Shown in pieces: positions 12,955 through 26,899 of a DNA stretch of 64,000 bases. The stretch lies in assembly GCA_951406725.2 (NCBI GenBank), contig OX597814.1:38688001-38752000 (forward strand). The letters run 5' to 3'. Source of the DNA: Octopus vulgaris. Its lineage: Eukaryota. Position 1 is the first letter of the stretch, and every line of letters begins with the position of its first letter. A program made the translations under genes and the position numbers. The notes below the pieces were generated by a model that did no database searches, was not told the origin of the DNA, and saw nothing but the letters and a program-made list of their open reading frames with translations.

Positions 12955-13802
12955 ACTAGCTGACGTAACTGGTATTTCCCTGGAAAGCAGGGCTTATCCC
13001 GTACTTTCATTCTCATATTTGTTTCGCTAATCTAATAACAACAATACAAAGTATGTAGTCCTGTAAACGGCTTTTGTGCACTTACAGAGAATACCGAAAT
13101 TGTCTAGTCGCATATGTAATAACGTAATATTAGTTACCGGATAGTAAGAACGGAAATTTAGTAGCCCCGAAAAGAGCTGCAATGCGTTCTCAGAGTATAT
13201 AGAACTTAGGAGGAAAAACTAATAAGTTATGTATACTGAAATCGTGAAGCATGTTACGTAATAACAGGCTAATCAGATATGAGATTGTAACAATTGAAAG
13301 CAAATAACTCTGAAAATGTATTTTGTGCGTACCCAGAGAATATTACCCTCAGCGGCGCTAGTGTTGGTATATTCATGAATAACTCACTAGTCGAAATAGG
13401 TTGATCTATTGTTTAGGAAAATAATATTTACTTCTTTAAGGATTGTACCAGATAAAATTGCGAAGAGAGCTGTAACTGTTCAAACATTAAGAAATACTCA
13501 ATTTGGTTTCATACTGCATGATTAAGGAAAATAATGGGTTATTTCCCTTGGATGTTAATATGTGGGCGAATGGGTTATTTCCCTTTACTGTTAAAATGAA
13601 ATACATTAGATATATATAAGGATCTCTTCCAGGGGTCCTATTATCGACTTTTTTCAACAACCTGAGAATGCCAAGAGGTTTCTGGACACCCGTTCAAAAC
13701 ACGTGTCAAGTTTCATCAAAATCGATAAAACGATGTAGGAGGACTTAGCTAACAACTCTACAAACACACCCACACACAGAATTTCCCATATTTGTAGTAG
13801 AT
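12955..13802 (+). mobile_element. Non-autonomous rolling-circle-like element (Lep1/DINE/Helentron-like)
   Basis: Begins ACTAGCTGAC; 3' part has aagtttcatcaaaatcg...gtaggaggac, a CA-rich stretch and ends tagtagat, the layout of these elements as I recall it. Confidence 0.5.
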
Positions 13803-15311
13803 GTATGTATGTACATATGTATACTTATGTATGTATACATACACACACCCTTTCAATTTTTTTAATAATTTCACTAATTACGGAAAGCGTCATTCTTTTG
13901 TCTCACATCATTATGTCTATTGGGTTTTCTTTCCATTTTCTGGGATTGTTGACAGTGACTTTCAAATTAATCGTACCTCTTCCCTTCCCATCGTCTTGGA
14001 TTTTTATATTCGTCTCTTCTGCATTATCTTTCTATGGATTTGCTTTTGTGTTCACATTATGATACAATACCTCATTTGCAACTTCGTCAGAACATTTTCG
14101 ACTTCTTCTTATGAATGATGTAAGCGATATGAATTACCAGTATAATCAACTCGACCAACTTTTACACAGTTGATCTCTTAAATTTTCTTTTGACGCGATG
14201 CTACAATAAATGGAACTTTACAATGTGTCATGCAGCGGGATCGGAGCCGGAATATTGTCGTTTTGAAGAATGAATTCTTTTGAAATTATGCCTGAAAATT
14301 CCGGAGTGTGTACAACCCCCTCCCCGCGCACACACGCATACAAATATCCCACAGTATTTTCTATTCCACCCTCAGTTGAAGACAGAGAAGAGTATTGTAA
14401 TTATTTCTAAATATATACTTTCAGTTTGGCTTTTTTCCCTTTCCAAATTACCATATGCGTTATTAAAAAAAGAGAAGAAACTGACAATCTGCCTTTCACA
14501 ATTCATATAATATTGTAGAGGATGAGGTGCGGCACAATGAGTAATATTTACCTAATATTCAGAACACTATTTCAGAAAATCATCTCCGTGATCCTTGAGT
14601 ATACAAATGACAAATTGAAGTTGAGCAAAATGAATATGAGAAAATCAGGAAAATCTGTTGATTCAATTTCCCAGAATTACATTTAGAAAACAACTCATAT
14701 ACATGAATATCCATCCTTAGACATCACGAAAGTCAGAAATGCAGATACATTTTAAAATACCTTGGAAAGATGAAAGAGGATCATGGAAAAATGGCACATG
14801 GTGTGAAATTAACGAAGCTTGACTAAATCCACTAGTTCATCAAAATATTCTGTATAGTTTCTTCGAGATCTGCTTGAGTGGCTCCCTTCATGATATATTT
14901 ACGCAGCATGCATTTGAAGAGGTTGTTGAAGTTCGTCACTATTTTTTCTCCAAATTAGACTTCATTTTCTAGAAAACTGAAAATGATCATATTAGCTATC
15001 TATATTGAGCAAAATCATCTTCATATCTAATATTGTAAAGAATTGTGATTTTTATACGCCAAAAATTATGTACATGTTGTATTATCAATCTTGATTACTA
15101 TCAGGTCAAATCAGTGGAAGAAATATACTTGACGCAGATGTGGCAGTGTGGTAAGAAACTTGGTTCCCAGCCACATGTGTTTCTATTAAATCCTACAGCA
15201 TGGCACGTTGTGCAAATGTCTTTACTATACCCTCGGACTGTCTAAAGGCTTGTATGGATTTCGTTGAGAGAAACTGAAAGAATCCTGTAGTCTATATATA
15301 GATAGATAGAC

Positions 15312-15500
15312 AGGGAAAGTTTACTAAAAAACAAAAGACGAAGATAGGTGGTGTACAAAACAAACAGATGTATTAGTATAACGCTCAGGAATAGAAAAAG
15401 TTTTTTACGTTTCGAGCCTACGCTCTTCTACAGAAAGGGACGCAGAAAAAAACAAGGAGAGAAAGAATGTGTGTAATGGCTAACGACCTATCATGGCGAC
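15312..15500 (-). mobile_element. Short Penelope pLTR-derived repeat (family D) with hammerhead-like motif
   Basis: Reverse complement of 51671-51860; minus strand has CTTT-CTGTAGA-A-GAGC-GTAG-GCTC-GAAAC-GTA-AAAA. Confidence 0.7.
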
Positions 15501-15534
15501 TAGATAATATATAGATATATACATATATAGATAT

Positions 15535-15618
<84 letters not shown>
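15535..15618. repeat. (TAGA)n microsatellite
   Basis: Direct run. Confidence 0.97.
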
Positions 15619-15619
<1 letters not shown>

Positions 15620-15921
15620 AAATAAATAGTTAGATAGATAGATAAATAAATAAGTGTGTGCGCGCATGGACACATATTTTGTGTTTGTGTGTGTCCTCCA
15701 CCTCCGCTTGGCAACCGGTGTTGGTGTGTTTACGTCCCCGTAACCTAGTGGTTTAGCATAAGAGACCGATAGAATAAATACTTGGCTTAAAACAAGATTA
15801 GGGTGTCTGTCATTTCAATTAAATTCCTTCGAGACAGTGCCCCAGTCAAATACTAAATGAAGTAAAAGATAAAATAAAAAAAACAGAAAGACACAGGAAT
15901 ATGTTTCGAACTCTCTCAACC

Positions 15922-16119
15922 TCAACACCAGTGCATACCAATTCCAAACATGATGCAACAGTACAAACTATTACTGCAGTGATTGCAATGCAATGGTTTC
16001 AGCCAGTAAAAAAAAAAATTACTCCGTTTGACCCGCTTGCAAATTTTGCCCCACTCACTTCGTAAATAAGACTTGTGTAGTTTTAATAAAACAATATGCC
16101 TAAGTCGTTTTTCGTGCAA
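15922..16119 (-). pseudogene. Possible Gypsy integrase HHCC zinc-binding relic
   Basis: LRHIVLLKLHKSYL...CKRVKR..FYW...CNHC resembles LR..VL..LH..H.G..K...R...YWP...C..C. Confidence 0.35.
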
Positions 16120-17076
16120 TCAGAATGTCCCATGTTTAAAAATTTGGGAAGTCCACGAGATAATCATCATAAGAAATCGTGAAAGGTAAATCATCCTATT
16201 TTGTGCTAAAGGACGTATTCTATTTTCAAATATCACATATAACTTACGTTAGTATTAGATTTTTATAGTCATCTTAATTTCTGTCTTCTTAGTTTATATG
16301 CACAGATATATGCATGTGGTGTTTTTTTTTTCAATGAAAGTCCTTGTAAGAGAGCTGAAACTGTTTACACACAAGGATAATTTATACGTCAGTTACTAAC
16401 ATCGTTAAAATATTTCACATATGATTGTAGTTGGTTCAGTGTTCGAAAAGATAATCCCAAATCTGAAATGGATGTAAATGCAGCAAATCTACAAAATCAT
16501 CCTCCATCCATACATATAACTGATACCCGCACGTTTTCCATAATTAGTTTCGTATGTTTTCTTCGTGAAGTTCTATTTAGTGCAGTGTGATGACAGAAAA
16601 AATAGGACATCAGACAAAATGAAATGCGTCAGACGTACCAAAACCTTAAGTCATGAATTCAGCCAAGACATTTGTCAACAATGAAGTTCGAACTTCAAGG
16701 TGCGATAAAAAAAATCATTATAATGGTGTCTTCATAATTGAAGAAAATCATCTCTAAAACATATCACTGCAACATATATCAGAAATTTATACTATAATAT
16801 AGGCCTGAATTTAGTACTATTTCTGATTGAATGTAGTGAAGCAATTTAGAACTTCTTACGAAAAAATAGTGTCCTTGCAGTTAAATGAATTCTGAATAGA
16901 TTTTCATCAACAAAAGAACGAAATACGCGGAAATAAAATTAACTTCCTAAGTTTATATCGATGAAAAAGTAAGCATAAGCTTTTACAGAAAATTTATATC
17001 TTGTATTTGTTCCACGAAGCATACGAATACATTGTATGTATAAATGAGCGTATGTTTGTGCCTATGCATGTGTGAA

Positions 17077-17122
<46 letters not shown>

Positions 17123-17829
17123 CATACATATATACATACATATATACATACGCAAACATACACACATTTATAAATATGTGCACATACATACGTGTGTGTG
17201 TATGTAATTGTGTGTTGATATGTGCGCGTGTGCTTGATCGCTTGTATGTGTGTGTGTGTGTATATGTGCTAGTAGACGCATAGTTTTCTGTATATAGTCG
17301 ATACCAATTGAAAAAACAATGCTGTTCAATATTTGAGCATTTTTGTTTCCCGTACTTGCACCTACGTGTTTCCCGTGTTTCTCATGCATTCTCAAATAAC
17401 AGTGAGGTAAATAATGGAGGTTCGCTCCAGCGAAATCTTATCAACACACTGAATACGCATACATACTTATACACACTCATAAATATATAAATGTACGCAT
17501 ATATGTGTGTACGTAAAGTCAAATGTGTGTGTGTGTGTGTGTTGTTTTACAATATATATATATATAAGAGGGTGGTGTGTATATATACAGAGAGAGAAGG
17601 AAAAAAAAGCAAGAAACAAACAAACAGAGATGCATTGATGCGCTGAAAATCGTTTTATAGTTTATGTTTCAATGGCTTTGGAAAAAAACTTTAATTTTTG
17701 TATATCGTAATCAGAAATTCATTTTTATATAGAAAAAACGTGTAATTTGTTTAGTGTCTCTAAAAGAAAAAACATATAACTTTTGACTCGTTATTCTTCT
17801 CCTTTTGCAAAGGCGAGACATACATAAAA

Positions 17830-18499
17830 TTATTATAGTATATAAAATTATAATAGTATATCACACATCATCATGTGAAATAGTAACATGTATGATTGTA
17901 CCGGTACAAGTTCCGTTTCTTGAAATAACCGGATGTGGGTCAGAGAAAATCTTTAATGAACGCCTTCCGTACGTATTTTTCTCCACATTATGACAATGTC
18001 ATTGCATAAATTAGGCATTCAAATGAAAAGATGAAGTTTATTTCCTTTGTGGAGCATTGTTCTTATTTAAAATACATCTCCAATTATTCTCGGGCATTTA
18101 AACTTTTTCTACTGTTGGATCGTACACATATTTACTTAAGTTCGGAATTTGTTTCAATTGGCTTTTTATGATGATTTGTGTGGGAAAATTTTTCTTCAGC
18201 CTGGATTCCTTTTATCAGTGTTGATATAATTTGGGCTTCATTTCTTTTAGATCTACAAGTCTAAATTGTATGGCAATTATTTAAATTTTCAATATATACG
18301 CCTGACTAGTTTGCCTTTGTAACTTGATATTTAATTTTTTTTTATATTGTATTTTTCATGGATTAAGGATGGTGAATAATTAATTTTATGGAATATAATC
18401 TTCGGTTCTAGAACCTATGGATATTGTCATCGGATGAAACTGCAGAAAATTTTTGCTAAGCTGTAACAGGCTTTTAATCTGGTTTGTCTCGAACACACA

Positions 18500-18537
<38 letters not shown>

Positions 18538-18850
18538 AACACACAGACACTCACACACATACACACACACACACCCACACACACACCCACACACACACTA
18601 TTGTTTGTAGATTTATTTTATGTTTCTATTTGCTTGCTGACTTTCTTTATCAGGTTGCCTAAAACTGGGAGTTGCTATTGGTGAAATGCATAACTTTCTT
18701 ACTTCCCTTGGGTAATATTTTGAATCTTTCTTCCTTCTCTGTTTTCCTTCCATTAAATTAAACAATCCCCGAAGTACCTATACCGTTTTCATGTAAATAT
18801 TTACAGAACTAGTTCCCATATTTATATGGTGATATTTGGTCCAGTGTTAT
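17830..18850 (-). mobile_element. Highly decayed Penelope-like remnant
   Basis: Minus-strand fragments resembling RQP and GQTS (GIY-YIG region); interrupted by (CA)n. Confidence 0.35.
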
Positions 18851-18954
18851 ATCTGGATAACCTATATTCATGTTATTACTCTGTCGTAACTCACCATTGA
18901 TACGTAATTTTCTAGAGAATTTTGAAATAGATTACATTTCAATGATATTCATTT

Positions 18955-19572
18955 CTAGTATAGGCAGAACGACCGAAATTTTGAGGGAGGTGGGCGGTCA
19001 GTCGATTAGATCGACCCTAACACGCAACTGGTACTTAATTTACCGACCCCGAAAGGTTGAAAGACAAAGTTGACCTCGGCGGAATTTGAACTCAGAACGT
19101 AGCGGCAGACGAAATACCTATTTCTTTACTACCTACAAGGGGCTAAACACAGAGGGGACAAACGGATTAAGTATATTACGTCAAGCTCAGTCCGTAAATG
19201 GTACTTAATTTATCGACCTCAAAAAATGAAAGACAAAGTCAACCTCGGCGGAATTTGAACTCAGAACGTAACGGTAGTCGAAATACGGCTACGCATTTCG
19301 CCCGGCGTGCTAACGTTTCTGCCAGCTCGCTGCCTTTACCAGCACGCGAAATACCTACTTCTTTACTACTTAGAGAGGACAAACAGGGACAGACAAACGG
19401 ATTGAGTCGATTACATCGACCCCAGTGCGTAACTGGTACTTAATTTAACGACCCCGAAATGATCGAAGGCAAAGTTGACCTCGTCGGAATTTGAACTCAG
19501 AACGCAGCGTCGGACGAAATACAACAAATCAGTTCGCGCGACGTGCTAACATTTGTGCCACTTCGCTGCCTT
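18955..19572 (-). mobile_element. Tandem trimer of tRNA-derived SINE family B
   Basis: Three repeats of ggtacttaattta.cgacc...aaagt.(g/a)acctcg.cggaatttgaactcagaacg; minus-strand head gagctggcagaaacgttagc...gagttcaaattcc. Confidence 0.88.
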
Positions 19573-21500
19573 ACATTTCAATGAAATTAGGTGTTGCAAA
19601 AGTTGGGCTGTAATTAAGGCCCTTAGAAAGTAGACGAATTTGTGGTGTTGTTATTTTAATTTTATGTTAAGCTAAATGTGTTTGCGCCTTTCATCATGCT
19701 TATCTCTTCTATTTCTAATAAACGTACTGTTTTACAAACCATGTCTCATATGTCGATGATTTAGAACTACGGTTGATGAGATAGCTTTGTAAAACAAAAG
19801 AAAAATTCATTTTTTTCTAACACATCATATACACGGGCGTAATGAACAGCACGAAATATGAGTAATTACTTGTCTGCGATTGCTTCAAATTTATGAGGCG
19901 TTATTCTATGACCTTGGCTTCAACTGCGAGATCAACAGTAGAAATCCTTACACTAGTAGATCAAAAATATGTTGCAGTCATTCACTTGAAAATCTTTATC
20001 TTTTGAGGAACCTACGGACATCCGGGGACTGTATAAATATCAACAATGAAAGTCTTCCTTCTTTTACACAGTTGACAGAGTGTATTTTAGCGGGAATTAG
20101 AGATAAGCGACCTTACAGAACATCATCCCATAAACTCGGTTACAAACTTATTGAGCGCCATTTAATATATTCGCCTTTCTGTCATTACATTTGCAGCAAT
20201 ATATCAATTGATATATCTGTTTATACGCCATTGTTTTTGCATCGCGTGAATGCACCATCGCCTATAATCTGAGAAACCTCACTAAATTTCAGATTCTTCA
20301 ATCATTCCAATATTGTTTCCACTGCTTAGTTTTCCTTTGTGCATCCACTGTTGGTTTATAAAATGTTTACCCCCTGAAAGAGTCGGGATCTACTTGCTGT
20401 TCGGAGAATTATCTCTGATTAATCTTTCTGTCTCTCAAATCACGTATGATCATCTAAACCTCACTTCATACGAAGTTGCCAACTCACCGTGTAGACATTC
20501 TAAGCTTAATAAGTAAATTTAATATTCTTGTCAGAAAACACAGTGTAGCTGAATTTTACTTGGTTTTGTGTCTTTATTACTACTATCTCTCTGCCTCCGC
20601 TCCTCTCTCTCTTCATCGTTACCTCTATCTTTCTATCTATCTATCTATCTTTTATATATCTATCTATATATTATCTATCTATCTCTCTAACCACACACAT
20701 TGACAAACACTCAATCCTGTAGTATCACCATTTAAAATGAAAACTTTAATATCTGAAAACATATTTGACACTTTCCGTTGGGCACATGCAGTGGCCTATT
20801 GTACAGTTGTGGATACATTTTTCAGTCCATTTACAGAGAGCTTATTATCTGTCATAAGCTTCATAATATTATGGAAGTCATATAATACTACATTTTCACT
20901 TATGGTTGTTTGTACCCTATCATTACTGCAACACAAGTTTCTGCGTTAATAACAATAAAACGTGACGATACTCATTTCAAAGATCTCGGCTCTAAATGTA
21001 GAAGGCTGCCTGCTCCTAAAGAATAACGTAGTTGAATTGCAGGTTATAGGTAGGAAAGATGAACACAATCGCAGCAGAATATGTTTAAGAACGATGTAAT
21101 ACTGATACGTAGTATCTGTCTGCAAGTTTCCACAATTCCAAAGTAAGGGACATGACGAAATGGCATCATTTGTGATAAGTGAGTGAAATGCGAAATGCCG
21201 CTCACACAATTTAGTGGAATGAGCATAGATCAAACGTTGGAAAGAATGACCAGTAAAAAATTTGATGGGACATAGCAATCCAGAATGAAAAGGAATAGAA
21301 AATGTTGAAATGGGTTATTGTTGAGCTAGTGAAAATAACAAGAAAAGGAAGAAAGCAGGATTTTGGACGCTCAAAAGAATCTGCCAGAGCACAAGCCTTT
21401 AAAATATGACTCTATAATCAATAAAGACGAAAGGGGTTTTTGTTTAAATCGATGTTACTTTTGAGTGTATTATAGAGGAGTAGGAAATTACAGTGATGAA

Positions 21501-21554
21501 ATTCTGGTAATTTAGAATAGCTATATATTTATAGCTATTCTAAATTACCAGAAT
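21501..21554. repeat. Perfect 25-bp inverted repeat with 4-nt loop
   Basis: attctggtaatttagaatagctata-tatt-tatagctattctaaattaccagaat. Confidence 0.95.
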
Positions 21555-21879
21555 CTCAAAAGTAATTGGCATATTAAGGAGAGTGGTAAGCGCTTTAAAT
21601 AGATGACTGAATACGCTCGATATCTCGCAGAAAGTGTTCACACACAAAATACCGTGTTTGCTCGTCATAGCAAGAGAATATTTTTTAAAAAAGGCCATGC
21701 ATACATACAGTATTATTGGGTAGCTTGCTTTCTAGTGATGTTATACTGGTACTAGAAAAGGATTAAAGGGGGAAAATCTCTGGACAAGGTGGAGGAAAAA
21801 ACATTAGGATCTATAGTATAAATACGAATAGGGTGTTGATAATAATAATAAGAAGAAGAAGAAGGAGGATAGTCTCTAC

Positions 21880-22235
21880 TATTGGTATAAGGCCTGAAAT
21901 ATATGAGGAGGGGACTAGTGTATCACTGGTAATTAATTTATCAACACCGAAAGGATAAAATGAAAAAATGTACACCGGCGGATTTTGAACTCAAGACGTA
22001 GCGATTCTGCCAGTTCGACGCCATTATTAATAAGAAGAAGAATCATTTTTATTAAAGGCACAATTTCTGAAATTTTTAGGGAAAAGAGTAGTGGATAATA
22101 TCGACTCCAGTGTTTACATTTATTTAATTTATCGACCACGAAAGGATGGATAGCACAATCGGCCTAGGCACAATTTGAACTCAGAGCATAGTGACAGGCA
22201 AAATACCGCTAAACTCTTCGCCCGGCGTGCTAACG
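21880..22235 (-). mobile_element. Two diverged SINE family B copies
   Basis: tttgaactcaagacgt and tttgaactcagagcat...cgcccggcgtgctaacg. Confidence 0.7.
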
Positions 22236-22259
22236 GTTGAGGCAGCAAACCGTCTTACT

Positions 22260-22975
22260 GGGTGTTTCGCTTATCTTTCTCAAAGAACATTCATTCAGGG
22301 ACTTTTTGAACGAGAATGGGCTACTCGACCAGTTAGAAGATTATACTAACTGGATCCCAACTTCAAGGTCACGTTCTGATTATCTTGATATGAGATCACC
22401 ATCTTGTGGATATATATTCTGTGATGTACCTGATTTACACATATATGAAGTGTAATCATGAGGTTTCTCATCTTAACTGACTGGAAGTGTTATCATGTAC
22501 ATAGATATGTCTCGGTATAAAATATTGATTACACCAAATAATCTGCACAGTACCACAGATTTGCTTGTCAGTTGTGTGACTTCGACCAATTGAGCATGCC
22601 CCTTAATGGCTGTCGATATGTGCATTTCTGATCACGATCATATGTAGTGGGGGAGCATCATAATCATATGTTGAGAGAAATTCATTGAGGTTTGGATAAT
22701 TCAAATCTGGAAACATAGGTGTTTCGTTCAACATCCTTAAACAATCCTTATTCAGGGTACTTTTGAGCGTGATGGGCTACTCGACGTGAAGAAAATTCTA
22801 ATTGGTATCCGCCTGCAAGGTCATCCACTCTTACTCTTAACATAGGATGACCATGTCGAGCACAAATGTTTGAGATATATGTATCTGGTGTACGCTTAAC
22901 AGACGCGTAGTCATGATGGTTATTCTGGTTTTCGCATACTTCCCCACCAGTTTCACATTAATGGCACTCTCGCTC
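22260..22975 (+). repeat. Interspersed repeat, one partial and one longer copy in tandem, ending in (AAT)n
   Basis: ggtgtttcg...attcaggg...atgggctactcgac...caaggtca occurs at 22260-22400 and again at 22718-22860. Confidence 0.6.
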
Positions 22976-22988
22976 AATAATAATGATG

Positions 22989-23046
<58 letters not shown>

Positions 23047-23102
23047 CAACAATGATAATACCAACAGCAATAACAACAGTAATAATAATAATAATAATAA
23101 TA
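22976..23102. repeat. (AAT)n/(AAC)n microsatellite
   Basis: Direct run. Confidence 0.97.
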
Positions 23103-25560
23103 CATGGAAATTAGCAGCAGAGATAACAATGGAAATCTAGTTCTTACTGATAAGAGCAATCCCATAGTAGAGGAAAATAACAGTGGTAGTTTACTTGATG
23201 AGAGACATAGATGATCACAAAAGAAGACAATAAACCTAATGGTGACATGACAGATGAATAAAAGGTAATCTACGATTGATATAAAGTTAAGACTAAAGGA
23301 GAACGATAGCGACATTATTTGAAACCTTAAAATTGTTGATCGATGGAAATTTAACCAAGAAAAGAAACATGTCAATGAAATTCTGAAATACATCGGAGTC
23401 AAATAATTTGATCAAGGCAGCAAGTATTGTTGTAGCAGAAAACGTGGGTGTTGATTTGAAGGAAAATAAACATAATGGGAGAGACGAAAGAAAACATCCA
23501 TGGTGGAAAAGAAGAATCCAGGCAGGGTTAGACATGCCCAAGAAGGAAATCAGTGTTAGACCGAAACGAGAAAGGGGAGCTTAAAAGCGAACAAAAATAC
23601 GGGGCGCTCAAAAGGAAGTATAATCCCGCGTTAGAAGCTGGGCAAAGTCATTAATAATAATGATAATAATTCCTCGGATACCAACAATCTATATTGAAAG
23701 AAAGTATCTGAAAGTAGTAGTGGAGAAACTGAAACCGCGCCTCGCAGCAGAGATGGTAAGTTACAGCCAAAAAAGGAAGGGTTACCACCAGAATAGGTTA
23801 TTCAGAGTAGATCAGAAGAGATTCTATAAAGAAATATATGGGGAGTGTACAGATAAAAAGTTGATAACAGCTAACATTGGAAGACAAAGGATTTGGAATG
23901 CTATCTGGAGCAAAGAAGGATGCTGAATGGATGAAAGAACTGAAACCAACAGTAATCTGTCCTAAACAGACATAACTAGACATTTCCCTTAAGGAAGTGA
24001 AGGAAATCAGCATAAAAATGAACAACTGGAATGCCCCGCGACGAGATGGAATTCAAGACTACTGGATCAAAAGATTTGTTTAATGTAATGCACCAATAGC
24101 TGCGCAACTCAACACTTTGTTAAATACCGTCCAAAGCATACGAGAATGGATGACATTGTGTAGGACAGTGCTCAGACTGAAAAACATCTAAAAAAAGGCA
24201 ATAAGGAAGATAATTCCAGGCTGATATCCTGTTGCTACTGATGTGGAAGTTCCTGACTGGAATACTCGCAGAGACAATGTACGAACATTTGGAAGAAATG
24301 GAGTCTTGCCACATGAGCAGAAGTGTTGCAAGCGCAAGTACAGAGGTAGCAAGGATCAAATCCTGATAGACAAAACTGTACTTAGAGACTGGAACATAAG
24401 GAAATCTAACTTAGCCATGTCATGTTTCGACTATCGTAAGGCGTACGATATGATCACAGATTCTTGGATTATGGTGCGTATGAACATATTTGGTACTGCA
24501 TCGAATGTTGAACGATTGTTTGGAGAAAGTATGGTGAATTGGAAGATGGACCTTACAGCATACGGAAGAAATTTAGGGACAGTAGAAATCAGGAGAGGCA
24601 TCTTCCAAGAGGTTCTTCTGTCCCTTTTAATCTTTGAACTGTGCATGATACCACTAACGCTGATTCTGAGGAAAGCAAAAGCTGGGTATGAATTCAAAAG
24701 CCGCCACCAAAATGTCAACCATTTGTTATTCATAGATGACAACAAACTTTATGGTAAAGATGAAGCCCAAGTCAGTCCTCTCGTTGATATGGTGCATACC
24801 TTCAGTGCTGATATCAGAATGAACTTCGGACTGACACTGTAGTACATCTCCCACGTTAGAAGCTGTGCAAAGTCATTAATAATAATGATAATAATTCCTC
24901 GGATACCAACAATCTATGAATCTCTAAAAATTGTATTGGCATCACCCGCCCATAGTCTCAGGATGTTTCTCTCCATCTAATATATATATGCTTAAGGTCT
25001 TTGGTTGAGGACCAGGACCGATGAGGAAATGCAATGCAAATTATTGGGAAGATGATAACAATAAATCAGTCATTATGTCGAAAGAGTACTGTAGTCGGAG
25101 AAATATAAGAGCTTGTGTGTCTTGCCAGTTCAAACAGACATGAAAATAAGTGACCAGACACCACTATTGTAGATTAGGAAAACGAAGTTGCTTACTTATC
25201 GACCCAACATGCGCGTTACATTCCAGCATCGCAAAGAAAGAGGAAGAAAAGCAAAAAATATAACATCCCTTGAAATTTGAAATAGGAAAAATTTGGAGCA
25301 TGTGAACAGCAATAGTCGTGTCTTTCATAATTGGTGCGTCGAGAACAGTAAGTCAATATGTAGACAAATTGCTGAAGGCGATTGAAATAGAATGCCCGTT
25401 AGTACTCCAACAGAAATAGTTGTCTCTTAGGTATAGCAAGTATTATAAGGAGGGACCTAATCACATGAAAGACTGCTGAAAACTCGTTGACACCTAAGGT
25501 GACAGGTAGTAGACTGCTCTCCATATATTTCTTACCAGAAAAATGATCGAACTGATTTGC
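23103..25560 (+). mobile_element. Decayed R4/Dong-like RLE non-LTR retrotransposon (N-terminus, RT, RLE)
   Basis: HPWWKRRIQ; QNRLFRVDQKRFY; NWNAPRRDGIQDYWIK; EQKCCKRKYRGSKDQILIDK; DYRKAYDM; RGIFQ; NHLLFIDDNKLY; RLE region PD...LLIDPTC...KKEEEK...LKFEIGKIW...IIGA at ~25150-25340. Confidence 0.88.
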
Positions 25561-26181
25561 AGGTGATGTTTTCATAAATATAATTTTAGCGTCATTATTT
25601 AATCCATAAAATGTTCAAATCAACGTTCACCATCTTTTCTTCATTGTAAATTCCAATCTCTCTTATGTAGTAAATTTCTTCAATTTTACTTCGCGTTGTA
25701 TTCTCCAGCATAAACATGTCCACTGTTTTCTGATAAGTAATAATTTGGATGGGACATGCCTTTGTATATCAACTTCTATTTCATATAAACTGCATTGTCC
25801 TTGGACTTATATTCAATATATCAATGGAATCTCATTATTCTTTGATGCCGTTGATGTACAGTAAGAGACGAAACACTCTTTCACTGTCTCTTCTAGTGAA
25901 CAGTCAATCTGTTCAATAACTGCATTGTATTTAGATTTTCTTTATCATGGGAGACAACATCGCCTGTTTTCATCTTCCATCAATATTGAATAAAAATCTC
26001 CTCCATGTCGGTAAACAGACGTCCTAGTTGGAAAACAAGCAAATACTGCTACGGAGAAATTAAGCTTTTTCCTTTTATGAACACTTGCGTAGTGTAATCT
26101 GTAGAAAACTATTTAGTATCTATTTAATTTTGTAATACCCTCGCATACACACTCTCCTAGACGTACATAATCGCACACACG

Positions 26182-26233
<52 letters not shown>

Positions 26234-26899
26234 TTGTGTGTGTGTATATATACTGCTACATTCGAACCAATATTTGAACGTTATGTAAATAATGATCGAC
26301 AAGATAATAAGATTTCCAACAAATGTGGAAATCAATATTATCGGGGTAATAGTTATGGTCGATTAATTCATTTGTTATAAACGATCCACAGTTTCATATA
26401 AGCCATTCTACTGTATGCTGAAAACCTGATATCTGAATTAGAGGCCAGGTCGATTAAATTCACTTTAGTGCCCGACAGGTGCTTATTTGAGATCGACCTC
26501 GAAAAGACGAAAGTCAACGTTGACCTTACTTGAAATTGATTGCAGAACGTAGAGAAGAATCGAACGGGCATAAAACCGATTCTACCACCTGATCTTAGAA
26601 AGAAGAAACGGAAATTTGGCCCCAGTGTTGTTTCAACAAAACGTGAGTGTCTAAATATTTCACCTGACAATCTAAATATTTTGTAAGGCCAAGCCCTCAT
26701 ATACTGCTATAAAATTTAACTGATATTTTTATGTGCTCAAATAGTTTCCTCTTTGAGAATGAAAATTATTTATTATATTGATGCAGTTGACAGTCTCTGT
26801 TTATTTTATCGAATCCAAAACCGATAAACTCGAATTTAACTTGAACAGGATTTGAACGGAGCACAGAAAAGCGGTCCCCTGAGAGTTTAAACACTAATA

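Larger units (their letters stand above)
15133..15875 (+). mobile_element. SINE family A copy, split by a nested insertion and (TAGA)n
   Basis: 5' half at 15133-15295 and 3' half at 15665-15875 match family A. Confidence 0.75.

Noticed and set aside
18955-19572. CRISPR-like repeat-spacer array
   Set aside because: Units are long SINE copies that also occur dispersed; eukaryotic context and no cas genes.
19880-20272. 130-aa plus-strand ORF
   Set aside because: No motif. The minus strand has only faint Helitron helicase-like traces, too weak to call.
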